Shown: positions 19,691 through 29,965, counted from the first letter of the stretch. The stretch is 64,000 bases of DNA from Armatimonadota bacterium (GCA_043754515.1 JAYUUO010000282.1:1-64000), one strand, 5' to 3'. The notes: generated from the sequence alone by a model not told the origin. Program-made: numbers and translations.

Positions 19691-20529
19691 TCTCCGTTCT
19701 CATCCTGACCAAGAACGAGGAGATGGATCTCCCCGGATGCCTTGCCTCCGTGGCGTGGTGCGACGATATTCACGTCTTCGACTCGTTCTCGACCGATGCG
19801 ACCGCGCGTGTCGCGGAGCAAGTGGGGGCCACCGTGACCCGGCGCACTTTTGATGGCTACGCCTCGCAACGCAACGCGGCCCTGCGCGGCTTGTCGTTCC
19901 GCTATCCCTGGGTTCTGATCGTGGACGCCGACGAGCGGATACCGCCCGCGCTCGCGAGCGAAATGTGCCGCTTCGTTTCGGACGAGACTGGATTCGTGGC
20001 TGGTCGCATCCGACGGCGCGATTACCTGTCGGGGTGCCACTTGAAACATGTCCAGGCGTCGCCGCTCTACATCCGGCTGGTCCGCCCCGAGCGGGTCGCC
20101 TACGAACGCGAGGTGAACGAAGTGTTGCGCGCGGACGGCCTGGTCAAGGATTTGCGCGAGCCGTTCGACCATCACCCGTTCTCGAAAGGGCTGTCGCACT
20201 GGGTTGACAAGCACAACGTCTACTCCTCGCTCGAAGCGAAAGAGGTTCTCCGATCCCGTCAGGGCGCGAACCCGGTCTCCTTCCGGGACGCCTTTTTCGC
20301 CCGCGATTTCAGCGAACGCCGGTTCCACCAGAAAGAACTATTCTATCGTCTCCCGGCACGCCCCCTGGTAAAGTTCTTACTGCTCTACGTACTGAAACGC
20401 GGCTTCCTCGACGGCAGGGCGGGGTTTGTCTACGCGACTTTGCAGAGCATCTACGAATACATGATCGTGCTGAAGACGGCGGAGTTGGAACGGGAAACGT
20501 CGGCGGTCAGCCCCTCGCCCCCGGTGTAA
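19687..20529 (+). CDS. GT2 glycosyltransferase
   Basis: MISVLILTKNEE, DSFSTDAT, QRNAAL, VDADE, RGFLDGRAG; ATGA overlap with wcaF. Confidence 0.93.
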   Translation: MISVLILTKNEEMDLPGCLASVAWCDDIHVFDSFSTDATARVAEQVGATVTRRTFDGYASQRNAALRGLSFRYPWVLIVDADERIPPALASEMCRFVSDETGFVAGRIRRRDYLSGCHLKHVQASPLYIRLVRPERVAYEREVNEVLRADGLVKDLREPFDHHPFSKGLSHWVDKHNVYSSLEAKEVLRSRQGANPVSFRDAFFARDFSERRFHQKELFYRLPARPLVKFLLLYVLKRGFLDGRAGFVYATLQSIYEYMIVLKTAELERETSAVSPSPPV

Positions 20530-20665
20530 CGCGCCGGGTGCTACTACGCTACCGGCAGTCTCGCACTCCCGGAAGCCCGCCGCATGCTCTTCTTCCGGCG
20601 GTTCGTATTAACCGCTATTGGCAAAAACGTTCCCCGCCCGTGCCGCCCCGCGATATACTGATGGT

Positions 20666-21772
20666 ATGGCAGTTACGATAGAAGACGCGAAGGGCGAACC
20701 CGCGACGCAGCTCGACGACATGGATCGCCGCCTCCTGAACGCGATACAGGACGATTTCCCACTAACGGAGCGGCCGTTCGCCGCGCTCGCGGAGCGGTTC
20801 GAGACGAACGAGAGCGACATCCTCTCGCGCATCACGCGGCTTAAAGAGGGGCGCATCATCCGGCAGATCTCCGCGATTTTCGACTCCCGGATGCTCGGCT
20901 ACCACGGCTCGCTCGTGGCGATGAAGACCACGCCCGAGAACGAGGCACACGCGGCGGAGGTCATCAACCGGCACCCCGGCGTTTCGCATAACTACAAGCG
21001 CAACCACCCGTACAACCTCTGGTTCACCCTGACCCTGCCGCCGGGGATGGATCTGCACGAGGAAATTACGGCTCTTGCGATGAAGGCGGGCGCGATAAAC
21101 ACCTGGCCCCTGCCGACGATCAAACTGCACAAGATCGGCGTCACGATGGACATGACCGGCGAGAAAGATCGGAGCGAGCGCGAGGGCGAGGACGCCCCCA
21201 AACGCACCCGAACCCGCGACTTGACGCTGACGCCCGCCGACGTACACTTGATCCGCGAGTTGCAACGTGACCTGCCCGTGATCTCCGAGCCGTTCGCGCC
21301 GTTCGCCAAGAGCCTCGGCACCAGCGTGGCGGAAGTGCTGGACGGGGCGACGCGGTTTCTGGACCAGGGCAAGATGCGCCGCTTCGCCGCCGTGCTACAT
21401 CACCGCGAGGCGGGATACGCCTACAACGCGATGGCGGTCTGGATCGTGCCCGAGGAGAACCGACCCGCGGTTGGCAAGATCATGGCTAGCTTCAAGGCGG
21501 TGTCGCACTGCTACGAGCGGCCGACGTACCCGGACTGGCCATACTCGCTGTTTACGATGTTGCACGGCCAATCCGAGGCCGATTGTATCGCGATGGCGGA
21601 GCAGATCAAATCCGTGTCGGGCGTCGGCGAGTACGCGCTATTGTACTCGACCAAGGAGTACAAAAAGATCCGCGTCCAGTATTTCACCGAGGACTACGCA
21701 CAGTTCCTGGATAGCGAAGGGCGCGCGCGGCGTCCCGGTGACGCGGCTCCAGAACTTGTCACGGTGTTTTAA
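20666..21772 (+). CDS. Fused AhbA/AhbB (NirDL-type) siroheme decarboxylase, two Lrp/AsnC-like modules
   Basis: Module 1 contains HPGVSHNYKRNHPYNLWFT; module 2 contains VSHCYERPTYPDWPYSLFTMLHG and LYSTKEYKK. Confidence 0.88.
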   Translation: MAVTIEDAKGEPATQLDDMDRRLLNAIQDDFPLTERPFAALAERFETNESDILSRITRLKEGRIIRQISAIFDSRMLGYHGSLVAMKTTPENEAHAAEVINRHPGVSHNYKRNHPYNLWFTLTLPPGMDLHEEITALAMKAGAINTWPLPTIKLHKIGVTMDMTGEKDRSEREGEDAPKRTRTRDLTLTPADVHLIRELQRDLPVISEPFAPFAKSLGTSVAEVLDGATRFLDQGKMRRFAAVLHHREAGYAYNAMAVWIVPEENRPAVGKIMASFKAVSHCYERPTYPDWPYSLFTMLHGQSEADCIAMAEQIKSVSGVGEYALLYSTKEYKKIRVQYFTEDYAQFLDSEGRARRPGDAAPELVTVF

Positions 21773-21839
21773 GGGCGACCCTAGCGGGTAAACCATACCA
21801 GAGAACTACTGTTTGCATTAACTGGAGAATATTACCCTG

Positions 21840-22259
21840 ATGGCACGAACGAAAAAGCACGAGAACCCTGAGGCGATTGAAACGCTTCGGCGCGACGCGA
21901 TGATGGCGCACCTGTTGGACGCATTAGACGCCGGTACCGACATCGGACATTACGGGCGGTTCGTTTTCGCGACTATCGCGCGGCACTTCCTGTCCGAGGA
22001 CGAGTTGGTGTCGGTGCTGGACCGCGACTCCGATTTCGACGAGGTTGCGGCGCGGCGGCTGGTCCACGACGTCAACCAGCGCGACTACAGCCCGCCGCGC
22101 CGCGAGAAGATCCTCGACTTCCAGTCCCGCCAGGAATTCCCGATCATCCCGAATCCAGACGACCCAGATTTCGGCAACGTCTACCGCGACTTGACCTTCC
22201 CGGACCGGGTGTATAACCACATCAGCGAGTACCACCACGAAAAGGAACATGCTCAGTAG
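21840..22259 (+). CDS. Conserved hypothetical protein, possible PriL-CTD/PriX-like fold
   Basis: Clean ORF with GGAGA upstream and host-like codon usage; GHYGRF, DFDE and YSPP motifs. Confidence 0.75.
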   Translation: MARTKKHENPEAIETLRRDAMMAHLLDALDAGTDIGHYGRFVFATIARHFLSEDELVSVLDRDSDFDEVAARRLVHDVNQRDYSPPRREKILDFQSRQEFPIIPNPDDPDFGNVYRDLTFPDRVYNHISEYHHEKEHAQ

Positions 22260-22306
22260 AACGGGCCACGTCCGGGGGGTGACCGATCCCGCCTCCCGGA
22301 CACCCG

Positions 22307-22786
22307 CTACTTGTCCTGCTTGCTTTCCCCAACCACGACCGACCGGCGTTTCAGCCAGCCCTTCGTGGCATCCCGTACCCAGGTGTCTTTGTCTGTTTCG
22401 GTGTAGGCCATCGGCTCCTCTTTCCCGGTCTTCGGTGCCACTAATACGAACGCTATGTGTCGGTCCACGATCACGGTGCAGGTGTCCCCCGAAGTCTTGG
22501 CCTCCTTCACTGCGGTCCGCAACTCGGCGGACTTCGCCAACTGGAAAAGTTTGGTCATCGTGTCGCGGTATTTCGGTAGCAGGTCGGTCTCGGAACCGTT
22601 TACTTCCTCGTAACCGGGCGACAAAACGGACACGACCGTATCCACGTTCTTCGCCGCGTAGCCCTTGCTCTGCGTGTCGTATGCGGCCTGAATGGCCTGC
22701 TTCGTGGCGGGATCATCCTTCGCGCAACCGAGCGAACTCGCCGCGATGGCGACAGCGGCGAGAGCCGCCCAGGTAGAGTTTCTCAT
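22307..22786 (-). CDS. Lipoprotein with NTF2/SnoaL-like domain
   Basis: Signal peptide with lipobox SLGC; AIQAAYD helix and DTWVR strand; AAGGAAG RBS. Confidence 0.7.
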   Translation of the reverse strand: MRNSTWAALAAVAIAASSLGCAKDDPATKQAIQAAYDTQSKGYAAKNVDTVVSVLSPGYEEVNGSETDLLPKYRDTMTKLFQLAKSAELRTAVKEAKTSGDTCTVIVDRHIAFVLVAPKTGKEEPMAYTETDKDTWVRDATKGWLKRRSVVVGESKQDK

Positions 22787-22892
22787 AAAAATGGCTTCCT
22801 TGATGGTGCACAGACAGGAATCGGCGTGCGCGACTACGAAATAGAGTTCGTCGCGGGTGGCGAAGTTCCTGCCATGCGGACGCCGAATAACC

Positions 22893-24002
22893 ATGCCAAC
22901 AATTGCTGTACTCGCCGGGGACGGAATCGGCCCCGAAATCATCGCCGAGGCGAAAAAAATAATCGCCGCCGTTGACGAACGCTACGAACTGAACCTGACC
23001 CTCGTCGACGCGCTCGTCGGGGGCGTCGCCTACGACCGGACTGGACACCCGCTCCCGCCCGAGACGCTCGACCTGTGCCGCGCGTCGGACGCGGTGCTAC
23101 TCGGCGCGGTCGGCGGCCCGAAGTACGACGCCATCGAACCCGCCGAACTCCGCCCGGAACGCGGCGCGCTCCTGCCGCTGCGCAAGCACCTCGGACTGTT
23201 CGCTAATTTGCGCCCCGCGATTCTCACACCCGCGCTCGCGTCCTCGTCCCCACTCCGCGCGGACATTGTCGCGGGGGGGCTGGACGTGCTGGTCGTGCGC
23301 GAACTGACCGGCGGCCTGTATTTCGGGCAGCCGAAGTCGAACGACGGCGAACGCGCGGTAGACACCTGCGTCTACACCAAACCAGAAATCGTTCGTATCG
23401 CGCGAATCGCGTTCGAGGCGGCGCGCGGGCGCGGCAGAAAACTCTGCTCGGTTGATAAGGCGAACGTGCTGGAAACGTCGCGGCTGTGGCGTTCCACCGT
23501 GCATGAGGTCGCGGGCGACTACCCGGACGTCGAAGTCACTGACATGCTGGTGGACAACTGCGCGATGCAACTGGTGCGAAACCCGCGCCAGTTCGACGTA
23601 ATCGTGACCGAAAACCTGTTCGGAGACATACTCTCCGATGAGGCGTCCATGCTGTGCGGCTCGCTCGGGATGCTCCCTTCGGCGTCGCTCGGCGTGCGCA
23701 AGACCGCTACGGGCACGTTCGGGCTGTACGAGCCGTGCCACGGCTCCGCGCCCGACATAGCGGGGCGGGGAATCGCGAACCCGCTCGCCACGATCCTGTC
23801 CGTCGCGATGATGCTCCGTTATTCGTTCGGAGCGGAAGACGCCGCGGCTGCCATCGAATCGGCGGTCTCTAGGGTGCTCGACGATGGTTTGAGGACGACG
23901 GACATCGCCGCGCCGGGCGAGGCGACTGTCTCGACAGTGACCATGGGAAACGCGGTGGTGGACGCGCTCGGAAGCGCGGGCGAAACACTTGCGCGGGACT
24001 GA
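22893..24002 (+). CDS. leuB: 3-isopropylmalate dehydrogenase
   Basis: [65 protein letters not shown]. Confidence 0.98.
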   Translation: MPTIAVLAGDGIGPEIIAEAKKIIAAVDERYELNLTLVDALVGGVAYDRTGHPLPPETLDLCRASDAVLLGAVGGPKYDAIEPAELRPERGALLPLRKHLGLFANLRPAILTPALASSSPLRADIVAGGLDVLVVRELTGGLYFGQPKSNDGERAVDTCVYTKPEIVRIARIAFEAARGRGRKLCSVDKANVLETSRLWRSTVHEVAGDYPDVEVTDMLVDNCAMQLVRNPRQFDVIVTENLFGDILSDEASMLCGSLGMLPSASLGVRKTATGTFGLYEPCHGSAPDIAGRGIANPLATILSVAMMLRYSFGAEDAAAAIESAVSRVLDDGLRTTDIAAPGEATVSTVTMGNAVVDALGSAGETLARD

Positions 24003-24142
24003 CGTCTTGCGACGGGAGCAGCCATAACGGAGGTCGGTTCATCGGCCAGTGCCTTCGCCTTCTCCTCCGCCACGCGTTCTCCGAGCACTTGCTGTGGCTG
24101 GGGGTGGGCCCGATCTGTGACAAGATTGAGCGGGTAAGACAC

Positions 24143-24958
24143 TCATCGCTCCGATCTGGCGGGAAACAGGAACATCAACACGTCGCCGAACCGCGCCCGC
24201 CACGCGGCCTCGTTGTGGACCGCGCCGGTCGCCTCGACGTAACGCAGGTCGCGCCCCGGCACCCAGCCGCTCTGGATAAGCGCGTCGCGTAGGATCCGTG
24301 CGTCGCGTAGCGCGCCCCCGGTCTCGTCCTCGGCCGTTCCGATGTCTACCCAAAGACGGACGAGTTTCTTCGGCGTGGAAGTGACGGTGCGCAGGATCGC
24401 CCGGTCGTTCCACCACACGGACGGCGACAGTACTGCGGCTTTGCCCCACATGCCCGGCACCGCGAGCGATTGGTGAAGCGCGAACAGTGCCCCGAGAGAC
24501 GAACCGCCGAGCGCGGTGTTCGCCGGATCGGGTCTGGTGCGAAACCGGCCGTCTATCTCCGGCTTCAGCGTCACCTTCATCCACTTCCCATAGGCGTCGG
24601 CCCCGCCGCCCGTCTTCAACTTAGTGTCATGGAAGGGGGTATATTCGTCCGCCCGATCCGCCCCGCCGTTGTAAACGGCGACCAGGATCACCGGCTCGAT
24701 CTTGCCTGCCGCCTCCAGTTTGGCCGCCGTTTCGTCCGCCTCCCACTCACCCGCGAACGAAGTAGCGGCATCAAAGACGTTCTGCCCGTCGAGCAGATAA
24801 AAGACCGGGTAGCGGCGTTTCCGGTTCGCCGGGGTGTCATAACCGGTCGGCAGACGCACTAAAACCGTGCGCCCGGAGACGGCGAGGGCGCGAATATCAC
24901 CGGAGAGGGTACAGGGCGCGGCGACCAGGGCAGGAATGGGGGGCAACGTTGGTACCAT
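24143..24958 (-). CDS. Alpha/beta-hydrolase (putative esterase family)
   Basis: RYPVFYLLDGQNVFD, nucleophile elbow GSSLG, HNEAAW. Confidence 0.9.
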   Translation of the reverse strand: MVPTLPPIPALVAAPCTLSGDIRALAVSGRTVLVRLPTGYDTPANRKRRYPVFYLLDGQNVFDAATSFAGEWEADETAAKLEAAGKIEPVILVAVYNGGADRADEYTPFHDTKLKTGGGADAYGKWMKVTLKPEIDGRFRTRPDPANTALGGSSLGALFALHQSLAVPGMWGKAAVLSPSVWWNDRAILRTVTSTPKKLVRLWVDIGTAEDETGGALRDARILRDALIQSGWVPGRDLRYVEATGAVHNEAAWRARFGDVLMFLFPARSER

Positions 24959-25006
24959 AGATGGTTTATACGCCCCCCCCGGATGAGTTGGAGAGGAGCG
25001 GGGGAG

Positions 25007-25678
25007 TCATACCGTAGTGTCAGATGGTAGCGGATTGAGCACGACATCCTCTGGTGGATCCTTCAAAGTGGCGACTTCGCCGTGGGTGGGCGGTTCGTCC
25101 GCAGTTGATACTGGCGGTGCGCCCTTCTGACCACGGGTGAGTCTCGCCTTCTGATAAGACATGGTCGCCCATGCCGGTCCTTCCAATTCCGAATCAGGCA
25201 CGACCAGTATGGGTTGCATCTCGTCCACGGATAGGCTCCGGTATTTGAATACCGCCGCGACCGCGAAAGCACCGGGCAGTAGTACCCCCGCCACCAACAC
25301 TATCTGCCAAAGGGTGTGATCCCCCGATCCGAATATCTCCGCCTGGTCTGGGTCGGAGGAAAAATACCGAACTATCACCGTTTCCCCCAGATACTCTTTC
25401 CTGTAGTAGTGGCCGCCGGTGTGTCCGTGCCTCTTGCCATCCACTGAGTAGGTAACGGTCGCCTGGCGGAAGCCTCTCGCTATCAAGACGGAGACAAGTT
25501 TGCCCTCTGTGTTAACTCCCTCATGGTCGAGGTGCCAGGTCGCCGACATATGCGAGTAAAAACCGATCAGGAAGCCAATCGCGATTAGCACCGCGATGCC
25601 ACCCATACAACCCAACGTGCTCTGCTCAGCCTCTCGCTCGAACCGGGATTTGCCTATGATGGCGCGGTGCCCGGCCAT
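25007..25678 (-). CDS. Membrane protein, DUF3592-like
   Basis: TM / small beta domain (VTYSVDG...GETVIVRYFSSDPDQA) / TM architecture. Confidence 0.6.
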   Translation of the reverse strand: MAGHRAIIGKSRFEREAEQSTLGCMGGIAVLIAIGFLIGFYSHMSATWHLDHEGVNTEGKLVSVLIARGFRQATVTYSVDGKRHGHTGGHYYRKEYLGETVIVRYFSSDPDQAEIFGSGDHTLWQIVLVAGVLLPGAFAVAAVFKYRSLSVDEMQPILVVPDSELEGPAWATMSYQKARLTRGQKGAPPVSTADEPPTHGEVATLKDPPEDVVLNPLPSDTTV

Positions 25679-25766
25679 CAAAGCACCCTTGTGGGCTTCT
25701 TCCTACAAACGGAGTCGCTTATCAAACATAGGCTCTTTTAGAAACGGCGGTAGCATGATTATTCCT

Positions 25767-27092
25767 TCAGGCGGGGTGCGCGAGCTGTTCCAGCCGCGCG
25801 AAATAGCCGGGGAACGTCTTGCTGACGCACGACGGGTCAGCGATCCGAACCCCCGGCACGCGAAGCCCGATCAGCGCGAACGCCATCGCCATCCGGTGAT
25901 CATCGTATGTTCGTACCGGCTCGCGCGGCGTGATCCCGGCGCATGGGTACACCGTGAATCCGTCCTCCCGCTCGTCAACGGTCACTCCGAGGCGGCGCAA
26001 TTCGGTCACGGTCGCGCCGATGCGGTCAGTCTCTTTGTGACGGATGTGCGCGACGTTCTCGATCACGGTGGGGGAGTCGGCGAACGGCGCGAGTACCGCG
26101 AGCGTCATCACCGTGTCGGAAATGGCGTTCATGTCGAAAGTACCACCCGTTAGTTTCCCGGTGCCGGTGACTTCGGTGTAATCGCCGCTTCTGGTCACCG
26201 CGCAACCCATCGCCTGTAGCACGTCCACGAATGCGGCGTCGCCCTGTAGCGCGTTGACACCGATATCCGGGACACGCACCGTGCCCCCGGTGATCGCCGC
26301 CGCGCCCCAGAAGTAGGATGCGGAGGACGCGTCCGGCTCGACCGCGTAGGAGCCGGAGGATCGGTAGGTCTGGTTTCCGGGGACGTGGAACGTCCTTCCG
26401 TCCTCGGAAACATTCACGACTCCGCCGAAGGAGCGTGCCATGGCGACCGTGATGGCTATATACGGCGCGGAGAGTAGGGGACCCTCGACCTGTATTACAG
26501 TCTCCGCGCCGCCCGCGCACGGCACGGCGAGGAGCAACCCTGACAGGAATTGGCTGGATTTATCCGCCCGGATCCGGCAGGTACCGCCGCTCAGACCGGT
26601 CGCCTGAAGGCGGATCGGCGGGGAGCCGTTGCCGGGCACGCTTATTGCGTCCACCCCGAGTGCTTGGAGTGCGTCGAGCAGATCCGCCATCGGTCTCTCC
26701 CGCATCCGCGCCACGCCGTCAATGATCACAACGCCGTGACCGAGGGCGGCGATAGGTGTTATGAACCGCGCAGTGGTGCCGCTGTTGCCGACGAACAGCG
26801 CGGCGGCTCTCCCGAATTCCACCTTGCCGCCTCGTCCGTAGACGGTGATCTGTTCTTTTCCTGGCTCCGAGTCCACGCGAAACCCCAGATCGCGCAAACA
26901 GTCCGTCATTCGGGCGGTGTCGTCCGCGAACAAGGCGTTGGTGAGCGTCGTCGGGCCGTCGGCGAGCGCGGCGAGTGCCAGAGCGCGATTGGTTATGCTT
27001 TTAGACCCTGGTACGCGCGCGGTGCCCGAAACGGGTATGGAAGCGGGAATGATTTCCAGAGGGTCGGGGAGTGTTGTGTCGGGTATGCTCAT
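25767..27092 (-). CDS. aroA: EPSP synthase
   Basis: PGSKSITNR, GNSGTTARF, SSQFLS, KETDRI, DDHRMAM, KTFP. Confidence 0.98.
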   Translation of the reverse strand: MSIPDTTLPDPLEIIPASIPVSGTARVPGSKSITNRALALAALADGPTTLTNALFADDTARMTDCLRDLGFRVDSEPGKEQITVYGRGGKVEFGRAAALFVGNSGTTARFITPIAALGHGVVIIDGVARMRERPMADLLDALQALGVDAISVPGNGSPPIRLQATGLSGGTCRIRADKSSQFLSGLLLAVPCAGGAETVIQVEGPLLSAPYIAITVAMARSFGGVVNVSEDGRTFHVPGNQTYRSSGSYAVEPDASSASYFWGAAAITGGTVRVPDIGVNALQGDAAFVDVLQAMGCAVTRSGDYTEVTGTGKLTGGTFDMNAISDTVMTLAVLAPFADSPTVIENVAHIRHKETDRIGATVTELRRLGVTVDEREDGFTVYPCAGITPREPVRTYDDHRMAMAFALIGLRVPGVRIADPSCVSKTFPGYFARLEQLAHPA

Positions 27093-27111
27093 GCTGTTTC
27101 ATCTCGCACGA

Positions 27112-27363
27112 TTAGTGGCGGTGGTTTGCCGCCGGTTTTGGCGTTTCTTTAGGCACTTCCGTGGGCGCGAAGTCGTGCATCGCTTTGTTCACGCCGAAAA
27201 ACAACGCCATGCAAATCAGCACCACCAGAAACCAGGTCCCGCCGATGCGGCGGGTTGACTTGAAGCAGAAAAGCACGGCGAGCAGGGTAAGTATCCAAGC
27301 CCAGATTTGGAACGCGTTAGGTACCAGATAAAGGTGTTTGATGACTTCGATATTCTTATCCAT
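27112..27363 (-). CDS. Small two-TM membrane protein
   Basis: 83 aa with two hydrophobic helices; GGAGA upstream; co-oriented with aroA. Confidence 0.6.
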   Translation of the reverse strand: MDKNIEVIKHLYLVPNAFQIWAWILTLLAVLFCFKSTRRIGGTWFLVVLICMALFFGVNKAMHDFAPTEVPKETPKPAANHRH

Positions 27364-27428
27364 AAGGGGAAGCGGTTCTCCAGAGTCTATGATGCCGTGT
27401 TCGCGCGCGAAGTATCAGCTATCCTTTC

Positions 27429-28307
27429 TCAGATTATTCGGAAGGCGAGTTCTACGGGGTAGAAGACGCCTCCGAAGGGTGCTGTCGTCAGCGTCAGACC
27501 GTCCGACCCGACGACCGTCTCGCAGAGCACCGTCCACTTCGTCGCGCCGATGATGCGCGACTGATGCAGGGACCCATTCACCGAACCCACCATACCTGCC
27601 TTGCCGCCGCGCGGGCAAAACGACACGCGCACCCGGCTCCCCTTCGGCGCGGCGACTTTGAAAGAGTAGAGCATGCCGTAGGTGCCGTCTAGGTACCGGC
27701 TCATTCCGGCGTCCGGCACCCCGATGCGGTAGCTCCCGCTCCGCCCTTTCGTGAGTGCCACCTCGACCTGTCGGCGCGGCGAGTCAACGGCGACGACGCG
27801 CGCGCCCCGCACCGACCATTTATTATGCCGCCAGTAGATGCGCAGACGGGCATCTGTCGTTGCCGTCACCGTCATCAGGCCGCTCCCGATTTCGCGGCTA
27901 CCCAGACTCACTGCGAAATGCGCGGCCCCTTTTTTCCCGCGGTAGGCGAGATCGGGAGCCGACAGGTAGCGCGCCATCGCCTGGCGACCAGCAAGCGTCG
28001 GGTCGCGCTGGGCATCCCCGAAGCCGCGCCGCGCGGTGAACGACAGCGGCGTGCCGGAGTCGCCGGACAGGGCGATCACGAGATTATCGCGGTGGCTGGT
28101 CGTGTTCTTGTAATGGAAGAAAATCGTGTAGCTCTTGCCCGCGCGGAGCATGGCGTCCGCGTGCGTCCCCGAGGCCGTAATTTTCTCGGGCCGGTTACAG
28201 AATAGAAGTTGGCCACGCGCGAGGACAGGCTGTTGCGCGGGGAGCAGCAACGTGAAAGCACCCAACACCATCAAAAGAAACACCCAGAACGGTTTTAAGC
28301 GACACAT
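27429..28307 (-). CDS. Secreted basic hypothetical protein
   Basis: Signal peptide followed by a beta-rich body (NRPEKI, YGMLY, PRGG); family not recognised with confidence. Confidence 0.65.
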   Translation of the reverse strand: MCRLKPFWVFLLMVLGAFTLLLPAQQPVLARGQLLFCNRPEKITASGTHADAMLRAGKSYTIFFHYKNTTSHRDNLVIALSGDSGTPLSFTARRGFGDAQRDPTLAGRQAMARYLSAPDLAYRGKKGAAHFAVSLGSREIGSGLMTVTATTDARLRIYWRHNKWSVRGARVVAVDSPRRQVEVALTKGRSGSYRIGVPDAGMSRYLDGTYGMLYSFKVAAPKGSRVRVSFCPRGGKAGMVGSVNGSLHQSRIIGATKWTVLCETVVGSDGLTLTTAPFGGVFYPVELAFRII

Positions 28308-28440
28308 TAAGAGCAGACCTATCGAGCGGCGACGGCGATAATTGAGATGGTGAGACCGCGCCGTCTACAACTGACCCGATTATACCGCGATTCCCCGGAC
28401 GCGACGCCGAATTATTGCCCAAACGCGGTATCCTGTCGCC

Positions 28441-28824
28441 ATGGATGAAGAGCAAACCTGGTACCCGTACGAGGGGGGCGTCACTATCGGTAAACCAGGA
28501 CCGTTAGGGGGGCATGTCACGCGCGACGAGGAGTGGGGCGACCCCGAGGAGCCGGAAGACGCCGACGCCCGGTTGACGCTGGAAGCCGTCGCGGGCGGTT
28601 ACGCGGTAACCGCGAACCTGTACGGTGGCTGGTTACAAGAAACAGCACGGTTTACGGACGAGGCGGCCGCGCTCGCGGCCCATGAGGCAACGCGCGAAGA
28701 ACTCACCCGCCTCGCCGCGCTCATCCCCGACGAGGAAGACCGTGACCTGGTGGGTGCCGTCGCTCATCTGAACCGCGAGGTCGCTGTGTTCGTCGCCCGC
28801 TTCGGAGGCGAGCCGACAATCTAG
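28441..28824 (+). CDS. Acidic hypothetical protein
   Basis: 127-aa ORF with host codon bias; TATCCT lies 6 nt before the ATG. Confidence 0.7.
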   Translation: MDEEQTWYPYEGGVTIGKPGPLGGHVTRDEEWGDPEEPEDADARLTLEAVAGGYAVTANLYGGWLQETARFTDEAAALAAHEATREELTRLAALIPDEEDRDLVGAVAHLNREVAVFVARFGGEPTI

Positions 28825-28983
28825 GCAACCCTCGCGGCGGGGACTATACAAAAAGGTCAACCGGCGCGTTTATTTTCGCGGAAATAAAGGTATAACAGAC
28901 CCGTCGTGGATCCATAGGCGATACGCCCCCGCGAGACACCATCACGCTCGATGAACCAATTTCAGAACCGAGAGGAACGAAAA

Positions 28984-29937
28984 ATGAAACCACTATTTAC
29001 CGCGCCCGCGCTCTGCGCCCTGGTCGCGCTTTCCGGAGCCGCGTTCGCGCAAGACGGCATGGGGAAGACACCGACCGTCAAAATTCAGGAGATGGATGGC
29101 AAGAAGGTCGTCATCGTTTCCAAGGACGCGACCGGAACCGATATGTATAAGACGCGCTGGGCGTTTTTCAACGCCGATAAGCGCGAAGTGGCCCGCTTCA
29201 AAGCGAAGGGTTTCTCCGACGCCGACTTCAAGGCGATCGCGAACATCGCGCTACGCACCGGCCTTGACACCGAGTATGTCGCCCGGCAGGTGAAGGAAGT
29301 CGGACACCCGCTCAGCGTCATCGCTGCACGCTATAACGTGTCTACGTTCGCTCTGCACGAAGACATTCCGGGGTTAGGCGCGACCTCTTTTGGGATTGAC
29401 ACGACCGGCTCGATGATGGGCGGCTCTAGCATGGACAAGCCGATGTCTGACGACTCTGGGAAGAAGAGCAAAAGGGGTAAAAAGAAGGGCGGAGCGGCTA
29501 TGGCCTCTGGCACCGTGGTAGATGTCGCCATGTCCGACCCGCAGTTCTCGACCCTGGTCGCGGCGATTAAAGCCGCCGGTCTCGTTGACACGCTCAACGG
29601 GGCAGGCCCCTTCACTGTGCTCGCGCCGACCAACGAAGCGTTCGCCAAGCTACCGGCGGGTGCGCTCGACGACCTACTGAAGCCCGAGAACAAGGATAAA
29701 CTGGTGTCCATTCTCACCTACCACGTCATCCCCGGCAAGATCAAAGCCGCCGACGTGATGGGCATGAGCAACCCCTCCATGCCGACCACGGTGAACGGTA
29801 AGCAGCTAAACGTCAAGACTACCGCCCCGGTGATGGTCAACAACGCCCGCGTCATCAAGACCGACATTGACGCGTCGAACGGTGTCATCCATGTGATTGA
29901 CACCGTACTAATGCCGGACGCGCCTGCGACACCCTGA
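28984..29937 (+). CDS. Fasciclin (FAS1) domain protein with unknown N-terminal domain
   Basis: Signal peptide; FSTLVAAIKAAGL, GPFTVLAPTNEAF, ILTYHV, ASNGVIHVIDTVL. Confidence 0.93.
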   Translation: MKPLFTAPALCALVALSGAAFAQDGMGKTPTVKIQEMDGKKVVIVSKDATGTDMYKTRWAFFNADKREVARFKAKGFSDADFKAIANIALRTGLDTEYVARQVKEVGHPLSVIAARYNVSTFALHEDIPGLGATSFGIDTTGSMMGGSSMDKPMSDDSGKKSKRGKKKGGAAMASGTVVDVAMSDPQFSTLVAAIKAAGLVDTLNGAGPFTVLAPTNEAFAKLPAGALDDLLKPENKDKLVSILTYHVIPGKIKAADVMGMSNPSMPTTVNGKQLNVKTTAPVMVNNARVIKTDIDASNGVIHVIDTVLMPDAPATP

Positions 29938-29965
29938 CCGTGAACGGTCAAATAGCATAGAAGAA

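Noticed and set aside
22787..22892. Leucine attenuator upstream of leuB
   Set aside because: No Leu-rich leader peptide, T-box or terminator hairpin in the short divergent intergenic region.
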